Positions 50,655 to 61,781 of a stretch of DNA of 64,000 bases are shown one piece after another. The notes under the pieces are model-generated. The model saw only the letters and a list, made by a program, of their open reading frames with translations, was not told the DNA's origin and made no database searches. Source of the DNA: Octopus vulgaris (Eukaryota); the NCBI GenBank assembly GCA_951406725.2, contig OX597816.1, forward strand, positions 8,680,001 to 8,744,000. Direction: 5' to 3'. Every line of letters begins with the position of its first letter. Position 1 is the first letter of the stretch. The translations under genes were made by a program, and so were the position numbers.

Positions 50655-51454
50655 TATACTAGGTATGGATGATGAGTTCAGTAAAAATTTAGATTCAGAT
50701 GAATATGGTACTTAAGTTGAAGAACCAGAATTTAGTATCCATAAAATCTCAAAATAGGGCGATAAAAATCAAAATAAGCAATAGTTGCAACTATGATGTT
50801 GGTAAAACATGTTCTTTGTCTATCTTCTCAACCTCTTGGTGATTGTGGGTAAAATTATACTAATGTGTCCTTCTAATTTAATTAAATTCTATATCTTTGT
50901 GCAGCTGAAGATTGCTCTACGTTTTAAATTGATGTCCAATTAAATGGAGTCGCATGAAACGATCGTACTGCATACCTCCGGATATCCTATATATATAAAA
51001 TATTTAACAGAAACGTGTAATAAAAAAAATGTATGCACATATACGCAGCGCTAAGCGTGTGGCAAGCTTTCTACGGCCGGATGCCCTTCCTGACGCCAAC
51101 CCCCACCTGTTACCAAGCGAGGTAGTTTTTCCCTCTCTCTCTTTCGGAGAGGCACAAGCACCTACACGCACATATACAAACACGGCAGTAACTTCCACCT
51201 ACCGAATTCAATCACAAAGCTCCGGTCAGCTCGGGGCTATAGTGAAAGACACCTACCCAAAGTGCCACGCAGTGGGACTGAACCCGAAACCACATAGCTA
51301 GGAAGCAAGCTCCCTAACCACACAGCCATGCCCGCGCCTACGATTTGGAAGGGCAATTAAGTATATTTAAATGCACGCGCCATGACAGCTTATTGGCTAA
51401 CTATATATATATATGTGAAATATAAATTATGAATGTATATACACAATTATGAGC

Positions 51455-51524
51455 ATAAACGCGTATAAATAAATATACACACTTGTGTCTAAATGTATTC
51501 GTGTATATTCACACACACACACAC

Positions 51525-51571
<47 letters not shown>

Positions 51572-51636
51572 TGTGTGTGTGAATATACACGAATACATTT
51601 AGACACAAGTGTGTATATTTATTTATACGCGTTTAT
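51455..51636. repeat. Near-perfect palindrome centred on a (TA)n run
   Basis: ATAAACGCGTATAAATAAATATACACACTTGTGTCTAAATGTATTCGTGTATATTCAC mirrored at 51579-51636. Confidence 0.9.
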
Positions 51637-51646
51637 ATTTATACGC

Positions 51647-51698
<52 letters not shown>

Positions 51699-51700
51699 CT

Positions 51701-51841
51701 ATACAAAATAAGAAAATGGAGGAATAGATTCCTTTCAATCATCAACTTACAGATAATACCAATTCATATATTATATGAATTGGTATTATCTGTAAGTTGA
51801 TGATTGAAAGGAATCTATTCCTCCATTTTCTTATTTTGTAT
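51701..51841. repeat. Perfect palindrome, 70-bp arms, 1-nt spacer
   Basis: 51701-51770 is the reverse complement of 51772-51841. Confidence 0.92.
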
Positions 51842-52025
51842 TATGAATTTGAGGTAAAACATTTTACCTTCGCCCATATAATACAATAAACGAATTAATT
51901 GCATTGCAATCGTAAGCATTTATGTATTAGCCTTTTGGGCACTTCACTGGCAGTATATTGGATAAATGATATCCCATAGTGAGTTACACTCATAACCCCT
52001 ATCTCACTTTGTACTTATATATACA

Positions 52026-52085
<60 letters not shown>

Positions 52086-52093
52086 TATATATG

Positions 52094-52131
<38 letters not shown>

Positions 52132-52492
52132 AGCACTCCATCGGTTACGACGACGAGGGTTCCGGTTGATCCGAATCAACGGAACAGCCTGCTCGTGAAA
52201 TTAACGTGTAAGTGGCTGAGCACTCCACAGACACGTGTACTCTCAACGTAGTTCTCGGGGATATTCTGCGTGACACAGAGAGTGACAAGGCCGGTCCCTT
52301 GAAATACAGGTACAACAGAAACAGTGAGAGAAAGAGTGAGAGAAAGTTGTGGTGAAAGAGTACAGCAGGGATCACCACACCCTGCCGGAGCCTGGTGGAG
52401 CTTTTAGGTGTTTTTGCTCAATAAACACTCACAACGCCCGGTCTGGGAATCGAAACCGCGATCCTATGACCGCTGGGCCATTGCGCCTTCAC

Positions 52493-52523
<31 letters not shown>

Positions 52524-52561
52524 ACAATAATAAATCTCTAAGCGAGGTATATATATATATA

Positions 52562-52627
<66 letters not shown>

Positions 52628-52916
52628 TATACTATTTATCAGAAGCAACAGAAACCAAGGACTGAGTGTTTCGTGCAGTTCTGGAACAAATTATAAGAAC
52701 AATTACCATGTCATGTAGGTAATTCATGTTTTTCAAATAATTTCCCTGATATGTCGTTCAGTGTATAAATACATAAACAAACAAGGGAAATTTTTATGGA
52801 ATATGCTCACAAAACACATTCCTAGATCGAATGGTTGTCTATCTTTATTGTTGTAGAAGAGGGAAAGTAAAACAAAAATGCAACAAGTTTGCACGCACAC
52901 ACACTCGTATCTCGAA

Positions 52917-53833
52917 CTAGCAGTATCGCCCGGCGTTGCTCGAGTTTGTAAGGGAAATAACTATATAAGCATTTTTAGAGAGTTACTTCCTTTATAGATG
53001 CCAATTCGGGCTTTCTTAGCCATTTCTGTTTTGGTGTCTTCAAGCCATGAAGTCGTTCTAAAAGAACGCTGGTCTCCTTGACAACGCATTACGACGTTGA
53101 TTTCCTTACACTCCCTTCCCCACAGCTTCACGAGGGAGGGAAGAAGGGGGAGAAGTAAACACAGGTGCAGGTGTTTGAGCGTGGACGCCAACTCCGCCGC
53201 CATCGACACACGAAAAATTATGCATTAAAATGGAATAAAAAATGATGTTAAATTATTTTTAAAATTGTAGACTCATCGTAGACGCGCGCTAATAGCCAGA
53301 CGGGCTCGATATTAATCACGACTATAAGATAACCGAATTTGGTTAAACTGCACCGCAAAATGTGGGAGTAGTTAGGAATCTAAATCGTAGGAGACAGACA
53401 CTCACACAACTACAGTTTTATATATATAGACTAGCAGTATCGCCCGGCGTTGCTCGGGTTTGTAAGGGAAATAACTATATAAGCATTTTTAGAGATGTAA
53501 AGTATAATAGCCATCTCAATATGGCTAACCACAAAGGGGGGGGAGGGTTACTGTAGCCTTTTACGTTCTGAGATTTAATAATAATTTTTTAGAGAGTTAC
53601 TTCACTTATATAAACCGAGCGAAAATGCATTAAAAATACGGAAAAATTATGGTAATTTTTTTTTTAAATCGTAGACTCATCGTAGACGCGCGCTAATACC
53701 CAGAAGGGCTCAATATGAATCACGACTATAAGATACCTGGTTTTGGTTAAACTGCACCGCAAAATGTGGGAGTAGTTAGGAATCTAAATCGTAGGAGACA
53801 GACAGCGCACAACCTCTCTTTTATATATAAAGA
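52917..53833 (-). mobile_element. Head-to-tail dimer of Helitron-like elements (52917-53430 type B, 53431-53833 type A)
   Basis: Same termini; ORFs 50182- and 52961- are near-identical. Confidence 0.8.
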
Positions 53834-54438
53834 TAAGAATAAAAATACTTATATTTCAAATAAAATGAAAACAATTACATTTACGTTGTGTATAGTATGC
53901 TAGAATAGTGTACCTCAGCTGCTCTTTCTGAAGTACATATGACATCACTAGAAGTACTCCACAAGTAGGCGCCATAACAAGGGAATTCTGTTAAGATTAA
54001 AGGATTTCACCAGTTCTCTTTATGAAATCCTGGGATTTGAAGTGAATTTACTTTCATTTAAGAAAAAAAAAATCCTGAGATTCTTGTATATTAACCAGAT
54101 CTAACTTTGCAGATTAAACACATAAAGCGGCTTCATAAAATTCTGAACTGTCTTTTGAACATCGACTTCAAAGGACTTCTTTTGTGGGAACAAAAATCGA
54201 TATTTTCTTATTCCTGTTTCATCAATCGCTAATTATCTTTGCCAGCTGTTTTCCATTTTGGCTGCACCAGCTTACATTCATTCCATGGAATGGAGTCAAG
54301 TCGGGGAGCATCCTTTACGAGTCAAAAAACAAACGAATTTCTCACTAATAAAACAATTTTATATTATAGAACCACTAATTATAACATGTGGCATAGTGGG
54401 TGATATGCTGGAAGTGAGAGAGGAAATAATATCAAGTA

Positions 54439-54717
54439 ATATTCTGTTGTGTCTGGGGAGAGTCATTTTCTTTTTGTGCCTTATATTGTAACACACTCAC
54501 CAGTAAAATTTCCACTTTTTTCTTATTTTTATTTCTCTAAAATTTTCGTTGCATCTTGCAACCTTTTTTATCAGAGTCAAGACTATTGAAAAGGTTGGAA
54601 GACGCAAAGAAAATTTTAGGGAAATAAAAATAAGAAAAAAGTGGAAATTTTACCGGTGAGTGTGTTAAATTATAAGGCACGAAGAGAGAATGACTCTCCC
54701 CAGGCACAACAGAATAT
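54439..54717. repeat. Foldback element with ~130-bp arms; a single arm recurs at ~17127-17272
   Basis: CTGTTGTGTCTGGGGAGAGTCATT...AAAATTTTCGTTGC mirrored by GCAAAGAAAATTTT...AATGACTCTCCCCAGGCACAACAG. Confidence 0.8.
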
Positions 54718-54838
54718 GCTTCAACACACGAACTCATATAAAGAATCTCGTCAACCAAATCCCCAAACGAAATATCAAGTAAGAAGGCAGGCAATTTGAG
54801 GGTCCTCTTTTTGCCCAGGCATTGGCCAAGAACGGACA

Positions 54839-55470
54839 TGTGATAAAGGGATTTTAAGTATTCTATCAGATAGAATACTCAAGAAAACTAGTAGAAAGGG
54901 AAGAGGATATCTCAAAGTTGCACTGCAAGTTCCTGGTGGTGGTTGTGGAGTTCCTTTTCGGAGACATTTGCCAACTCAAAGCAGGAGACTTTTGTCTGTC
55001 ATTTACACTTCATAACCTTGAAGGCACAAGACAGGTGGAGAGATTCAATGGCGAAACTTAGAAAATCGTCACAATGGTTCTGTACAGTCACCGGAAGTAA
55101 CTTGCACGGACACCGGAAATACATCTGCCATCACCAGAGAAAACAAAGCAACTACCCCCACCGACTTGCCTGACCTTTCATTGGACAAAAGCTACCTACC
55201 TGCCATTCTATTGGACACTGGCTAAACATCACTGCTGATATTTTTGTATAAATAGACAGCATAAATCGCTTTAAAGGCAGTTGGCCTTTTGGCACTCTAC
55301 TGATGTAAATTGTGTCCCTCTCGCCTGCCACGCTCGCCACTCACGCCGCCTCGAACCTTTGTACTGCTATTTCACGCCTGAAATAAATCGCTGTATAAAC
55401 TTACACCTCTTGTCTGCTCGTCCTTTCAACTACTGCTTTCATCTGTCCAGTTTTGCTGATTACGACCACA
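54839..55470 (+). mobile_element. Possible solo/5' LTR
   Basis: TGTG...CACA ends, CCAAT-like ATTGG motifs, TATAAATA at ~55247, AATAAA at ~55382; no clear TSD or PBS. Confidence 0.4.
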
Positions 55471-55636
55471 GTCCTTTTCAGGGCTAATTCAAGTCTGATC
55501 TGAATGCGATAACAGTCCTTTTTAGGACTACTCTCAGATCCGATCTAATTGCGATAACAGTCCTTTTTAGGACTATTCTTGGATCGGATCTAATTGCGAT
55601 AACCGTCCTTTTAAGGGCTACCCTCAGATCAGACCA
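55471..55636 (+). repeat. ~45-bp tandem repeat, ~3.7 copies
   Basis: GTCCTTTTTAGGACTACTCTCAGATCCGATCTAATTGCGATAACA and variants. Confidence 0.9.
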
Positions 55637-56067
55637 GAAGTAGTGGCCAAGAAACTTACCCGCTACAGTTCTAAAGTGACAAATGTTGCCTGTTTGATGT
55701 TGGCAAGCTGTTCGCAATGATGCTACCAACATACCTCTGGTTGTTGTGCACTGCAACCACTACTATGAGAGAGAATTTCTTGACATTTCCACGAGAAACT
55801 CAGTACCTTCGTGGTTGTGTAATCCCGGACCTTGTCTACTGAAGGTATGAGACTGTAGTGGCGATTCGAAACCAAACCGCTAGGTAACCAGTCAGGCACC
55901 ACAACCGTTTCATGTGACCGGTCTATTAAGCAACTAATCAGTACCAAGCCATCATGTGATTTTCAAGATTTTAGAAACGTCTTTTTCTGTGTCCTGTAAA
56001 AGGTCACTTTTGGCAGTAATTAACTGTAGAATGTTGAGGGAGTTGAGCATTATATGTCTCCATTTTT

Positions 56068-56662
56068 AAGGCGGCGAGCTGGCAGAAACGTTAGCACGCC
56101 GGGCGAAATGCGTAGCCATATTTTGTCTGTCGTTACGAGTTCGAATTCCGCCGAGGTCGACTTTGCCTTTCATCCTTTCAGGGTTGATAAATTAAGTACC
56201 AGTTACGCACTGGAGTCGATGTAATCGACTTAATCCCTTTGTCTGTCCTTGTTTGTCTCCTCTGTGCTTAGCCCCTTGTGGGTAGTAAAGAAATAGGTAT
56301 TTCCTCTGCCTTTACGTTCTGAGATCAAATTCCGCTGAGGTCGACTTTGCCTTTCATCATTTCGGGGTCGATAAATTAAGTACCAGTTACGCACTGGAGT
56401 CGATGTAATCGACTTAATCCCTTTGTCTGTCCTTGTTTGTCCCCTCTGTGTTTAGCCCCTTGTGGGTAGTAAAGAAATAGATATTTCGTCTGCCTTTACG
56501 TTCTGAGATCAAATTCCGCCGAGGTCGACTTTGCCTTTCATCCTTTCGGGGTCGATAAATTAAGTACCAGTTAGGCACTGGGGTCGATGTAATCGACTTA
56601 ATCTGTTTGTCAGTCACTGTTTGTCCCCTCTGTGTTTAACCCCTTGTGGGTAGTAAAGAAAT
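56068..56662 (+). mobile_element. Tandem trimer of SINE family A
   Basis: One full head followed by two units restarting at G(G/A)TATTTC; outer duplicated flank TATGTCTCCATTTTT/TACGTCTCTATTTTT. Confidence 0.85.
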
Positions 56663-56869
56663 ATACGTCTCTATTTTTTCCACACCAAACAATTGACCAA
56701 GAACCACTGTCGCCATGAATATAGCACAATCGTTTCCCGTTAGGTTCAGCAAGCTGCAGGTTGCTGTATCAGTAGCTTGCCATAACCTCCAAGCAGTATC
56801 TCTTTCTCAGCATGGAATTATTGCCATTGTAAACAGTAAAAGGTCAACATAGTTTGATTTTATGCATGA

Positions 56870-57312
56870 CTAGCAGCATAGCCCGGCGTTGCCCGGGTAT
56901 GTAAGAGACCCTTGTAGGCAACGACTAATCCCAATCTAGTCCTTTCCCTCTAGGGAACGAAGGCGCATGTGTAGGTTGCAATGTCTTCTCTTCACTCGAA
57001 TACTTCTGTGTATACGATGTTCCTAGCTGTCCCTTTAGGCGAAAACATGAAAACATCATTGCGCCTCCCAACGCGTGAACAGCCCAGAAAATGTGTTGCA
57101 TATAAAAAGCTTAGATTCTCGACCCCATGTCGAATTTATCGATTTTTTCAGAACTGGGGGAACTTTTCAAAATTTTCGCTGCGTTAGTTTTGAATTATGA
57201 CATTGGGCTATGTGTGTGTCAAGTTTCATCAGAATCGGTTGAAAGCCGTGGTCAGGGTGAGGGTACAACCTGACAGACACACAGACAGACAAACTGCCGT
57301 TTATATAGAGAG
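56870..57312 (-). mobile_element. Non-autonomous Helitron-like element, second family
   Basis: Minus-strand 3' end CCCGGGCAACGCCGGGCTATGCTGCTAG; 5' TCTCTCTATATAAAC followed by (TCTG)n; related 5' ends at ~14200-14430(-) and 62144(+). Confidence 0.7.
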
Positions 57313-57476
57313 AGAAGAGATAATAAAATATTTTGTTAAACAGGTCTCGTCCAGTTACTTCTATGTGCAACCAAACAAACATATTTTCATTCTTCAACTC
57401 AACCAGTCATCACCACCACCACCAGTCCGACCAACAATAACAAGTCTTAAACCAATGACAAGACATTTTGGTATTG

Positions 57477-58442
57477 CAAGCTGGCAGAAATGTTAGCACA
57501 CCGGGCGAAATGCTTAGCAGTATTTCGTCTGCCGCTACGTTCTGAGTTCAAATTCTGCCGAGGTCGACTTTACCTTTCATCCTTTCGGGGTTGATAAATT
57601 AAATACCAGTTACGCACTGAGGTCGATATAATTGACTTAATCTGTTTGTCCTCTCTGTGTTTAGCCCCTTGTGGGTAGTAAAGAAATAGGTATTTCATCT
57701 GTCTTTATGTTCTGAGTTCAAATTCCGCCGAGGTCGACTTTGCCTTTCATCCTTTCGGGGTCGATAAATTAAATACCAGTTACGCACTGAGGTCGATATA
57801 ATTGACTTAATCTGTTTGTCCTCTCTGTGTTTAGCCCCTTGTGGGTAGTAAAGAAATAGGTATTTCATCTGTCTTTATGTTCTGAGTTCAAATTCCACCG
57901 AGGTCGACTTTGCCTTTCATCCTTTCGGGGTCGATAAATTAAATACCAGTTACGCACTGAGGTCGATATAATTGACTTAATCTGTTTGTCTCTCTGTGTT
58001 TAGCCCCTTGTGGGTAGTAAAGAAATAGGTATTTCATCTGTCTTTGTGTTCTGAGTTCAAATTCCACCGAGGTCGACTTTGCCTTTCATCTTTTCGGGGT
58101 CGATAAATTAAGTACCAGGTACAGACTGGGGTTGATATAATCGACTTAATCTGTTTGTCCTCTCTGTGTTTAGCCCCTTGTGGGTAGTTAAGAAATAGGT
58201 ATTTCGTCTGCCGCTACGTTCTGAGATCAAATTCCGCCGAGGTCGACTTTGCCTTTCATCCTTTCGGGGTCGATAAATTAAGTACCAGTTACGCACTGGG
58301 ATCGATGTAATCGACTTAATCCATTTGTCTGTCCTTGTTTGTCCTCTCTGTGTTTAGCCCCTTGTGGGTAGTAAAGAAATAGGTATTTCGTCTGCCGCTA
58401 CTGTCCTCTCTGTGTTTAGCCCTTTGTGGGCAATAAAGAAAT
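57477..58442 (+). mobile_element. Tandem 5-mer (plus fragment) of SINE family A, ~172-bp units
   Basis: Junctions AAGAAATA|GGTATTTC; whole array flanked by the TSD AAGACATTTTGGTAT. Confidence 0.88.
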
Positions 58443-59003
58443 AAGACATTTTGGTATCGCTGGTTCGATGTTGACTAATTTGACAGCAGACGTTCATGTT
58501 TGTGTGTGTGAGCATCTAGCTTTGTTCGGATGTATCTTTTATCGTTTACTTGTTTCAAGCATTAGACTGCGGCCATGCTGGGGCACCACCTTGAAGAATT
58601 TTAGCCGAATGAATCGACCCCAGTACTTAATTTATCAATGTTTTGCTGAACCGCTAAGTTACAGGGATGTAAACACACCAACACCTATGCACACGCATTC
58701 AGACACTACACTTTGCTAGCACTCACACACACTCTCTTTATACACATTTGTAAATAAAGTTTTCTTCTCTCACAAACAGTAGAACAGTTATCGTCTTCAT
58801 TTATTCCTTTTGGCAACTGTGCTTTATATCATGTATTTGGCTTTTATATTTTGTTAGGGGCGGCCGTGCAGCGTTCAAAAGGAGACATTTGTCACCAACT
58901 CCAGTCGTATTCCCTACAGGTTCACCTGATCAGGTCTGACCTGGGGCTAAACGACAGCAGCAGCAGCCAATTTCCCGTCCTAACCAAATCCTATCGTTTT
59001 AGA

Positions 59004-59420
59004 GGATCTTTTCGGTTTGAACGGCAGTTTTTTCTAGCGGTATCATATGAAATTGTCACCCATAATTATGACCCTAGTATCGATCTATTGCATTTCAATC
59101 TGTTTTAGGGTTAGGGTTAGGGTTAGGATTGGGGGGAAGGGTATCTTTTTTTCTTCACAAATGTAAATAAACCCAATCTGTTTCTTAAACGAGGGACATA
59201 TTCATACGGCACAGAATGGTATTTACCTCAATAGACGTCATTGATTGGTTGAAATTGCAGAAATTGAAGAAAAAAAAATCTTACAAACTATAGAAAATAT
59301 TCTCAATAAAGCCAAGAGAAAAAGATGTTTTATAAACACATTCTACCAGTATACGAAGTTTAAAATTTTTTAGTTACCTAGAAATTATGTTAAAAACTGC
59401 CGTTCAAACCGAAAAGATCC
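59004..59420. mobile_element. MITE with ~29-bp TIRs, 8-9-bp TSD and internal (TTAGGG)n
   Basis: TIR GGATCTTTTCGGTTTGAACGGCAGTTTTT; TSD GTTTTAGA; partial copy at ~49400-49495. Confidence 0.88.
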
Positions 59421-59933
59421 GTTTTAGAAAATAACACATAACAGGAAGAGAAGTCGTGATGAATAGAGACTTGGGTGATAGTCATTACTGGAATGTCTTT
59501 GGTTATAGCTCTATTCAACTAGGGCCAAAAAACAACCACAATAAACAATATCAGGGGGCCAGAGGTTCTGCAGTGACATAAATTCTGGTGTGTTAAAGCT
59601 GCTTCCATTAAGATCAATGAGAACAACAACGCAAACGATGAGACGTGTCTTTGCTTTTATTCGCCGAAGCAAAAGTTTATTATTTCTTCTCTCATCGATT
59701 TCATTAAATAGAAGAAAAGCTGAAAAGAAACCAGATATGACCGGGTTTTGTGTGTTCTCTTTATTGCATCCATGACAAGATTCCATCTATTCACCAGAGT
59801 TGATTAAAACTAAAATAAATAAAACGAATAAATAAATGTGTACATCTCTTTAATATTGTATGAAGATCTCCATGTAGAGAGAGAGAGAGAGAGAGAGACA
59901 GTCGGTATTTTCTTTCCAGTTTTATAAAATAGA

Positions 59934-60436
59934 CTAGCAGTATCGCCCGGCGTTGCTCGGGTTTGTAAGGGAAATAACTATATAAGCATTTTTAGAGAGT
60001 TATAGCCAAAAAATAGCAAAAAAATGCATTAAAAATGGAAAAAAAATGATGGTAAATTTTTTTTTAAATCGTTGACTCATCGTAGACATTTTTAGAGAGT
60101 TACTTCCCTTATATAATAGCGAAAAAAATGCATTAAAATGGGGAAAAATGATGGTAAATTTTTTTTAAATCGTTGACTCATCGTAGACATTTTTAGAGAG
60201 TTACTTCCCTTATATAATAGCGAAAAAATGCATTAAGAATGGAAAAAAATGATGGTAAATTATTTTTAAAATCGTAGACTCATCGTAGACGCGCGCTAAT
60301 ACCCAGAAGGGCTCGATATGAATCACAACTATAAGATACCCGGTTTTGGTTAAACTGCACCGCAAAATGTGGGAGTAGTTAGGAATCTAAATCGTAGGAG
60401 ACAGACAGCACACAACCTCACTTTTATATATAAAGA
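59934..60436 (-). mobile_element. Non-autonomous Helitron-like element with internal ~100-bp tandem units
   Basis: Same termini as 44614-45011; three copies of the AAATCG.GACTCATCGTAGAC unit versus two at 44.6 kb. Confidence 0.8.
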
Positions 60437-61558
60437 AGATTTATTTTGGCTCGTTGAAAGATCTAAGCTGTTCTTTTTGTTTAGCCACAGGTAATCTCTT
60501 ATCGAGAAGATTAGGCGAATGTCTAAAGGTATTCTAGAAGTGACCATCCAGTCTAACTTTTAGAGGGATAGTGTATTTTTGTATTTAGTACTGCTTTCTC
60601 AAATGTCTTTCCGTTCCATTTATTCTTTCAGACAGTACAGTGTGAATTGGGGAAGCTTTGGCTGTTATTTCTTGCAAGGTGTGTAACCGTTTAGAGCAAG
60701 GATCAGTAAACTCCTTATATTATTGACCCCTTCATGGAACCTATTTCTTTATTACCCACAAGGTGCTAAACATAGAGGGGACAAACTAGGACAGACATAG
60801 GTATTAAATCGATTACATCGACCCCAGAGCGTAACTGGTACTTAATTTATCGACCCCGAAAGGATGAAAGGCAAAGTCGACCTCAGCGGAATTTGAACTC
60901 ACAACGTTGCGCCAGACCCCTTCATGGAACCGTCGATGACTTATCGACCCCTACTCCCTACCTCAAGTAAATTCTCTTGTTTTATTTGTGTCAGTGATTA
61001 GACTATGGCCATGCTGGAGTACTGCTTTGAAGAAGTTTTTAGCCGAATAAATCGGCCCCAATATTCATGTTTTTAAAGCCTAGTACTTTTTCTATCAGTC
61101 ACTTTGGCCAAACCGTTAGGTTACGGGAACGTAAACACATTAACACCGGTTGTCAAGTGGTGGTGTGTGTGTGGATGGTGGTGGTGGACACACAAACACA
61201 GACGATGTGTGGATGGTGGTGGTGGACAGGAGCAATGTGAAATAAAACGTCTTGCCTAAGAATACAACGCGCTGCTAGGTATTGAACACACGACCTTACA
61301 CTCGTGAGCTGGATACCCTAACCACTAAGCCATGTGCCTTCATTCGATATAGAATAATAACGTTCTTGATCTGCTTAGTAGAATAAAATCATATTTAAGA
61401 CTTAGTTAATAAGATTATTGTGAAAAGCGATGCTGATAAAATACAGGGTTACCCTGTTCGTTAGAAACTGTTGAAATACCGTATCGAACATCCAGAAGGT
61501 GCAGGCAGCCCACGTCGAGAATTACTGCTTCTATAACAGTCACCCATATTCAGTTGTC

Positions 61559-61781
61559 GGCGATCTTTCGGTACAAGTACCATAACTGCCAATTATAAAC
61601 CCACGTGAGTTTATTTACATTTCTGAAGAAAAAAAGAAACCTTTTTCCCACACCCCTAACCCAAAATTTACCCTAACCCCACATATATATAAAAAAAAAA
61701 CTTTACGGAAAGTGACGATCTTCTTCTTCAAATGTAAACAAACAGATTTGGCAGTTATGGTACTTGTACCGAAAGATCGCC
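61559..61781. mobile_element. MITE with ~34-bp perfect TIRs and 8-bp TSD
   Basis: TIR GGCGATCTTTCGGTACAAGTACCATAACTGCCAA; TSD CAGTTGTC; internal CCCTAACCC motifs. Confidence 0.9.

Noticed and set aside
55471-55636. CRISPR-like palindromic repeats
   Set aside because: Whole 45-bp units are repeated, with no unique spacers.
59105-59127. Telomere or chromosome-fusion relic
   Set aside because: Only about three units, internal to a TIR element with a TSD.
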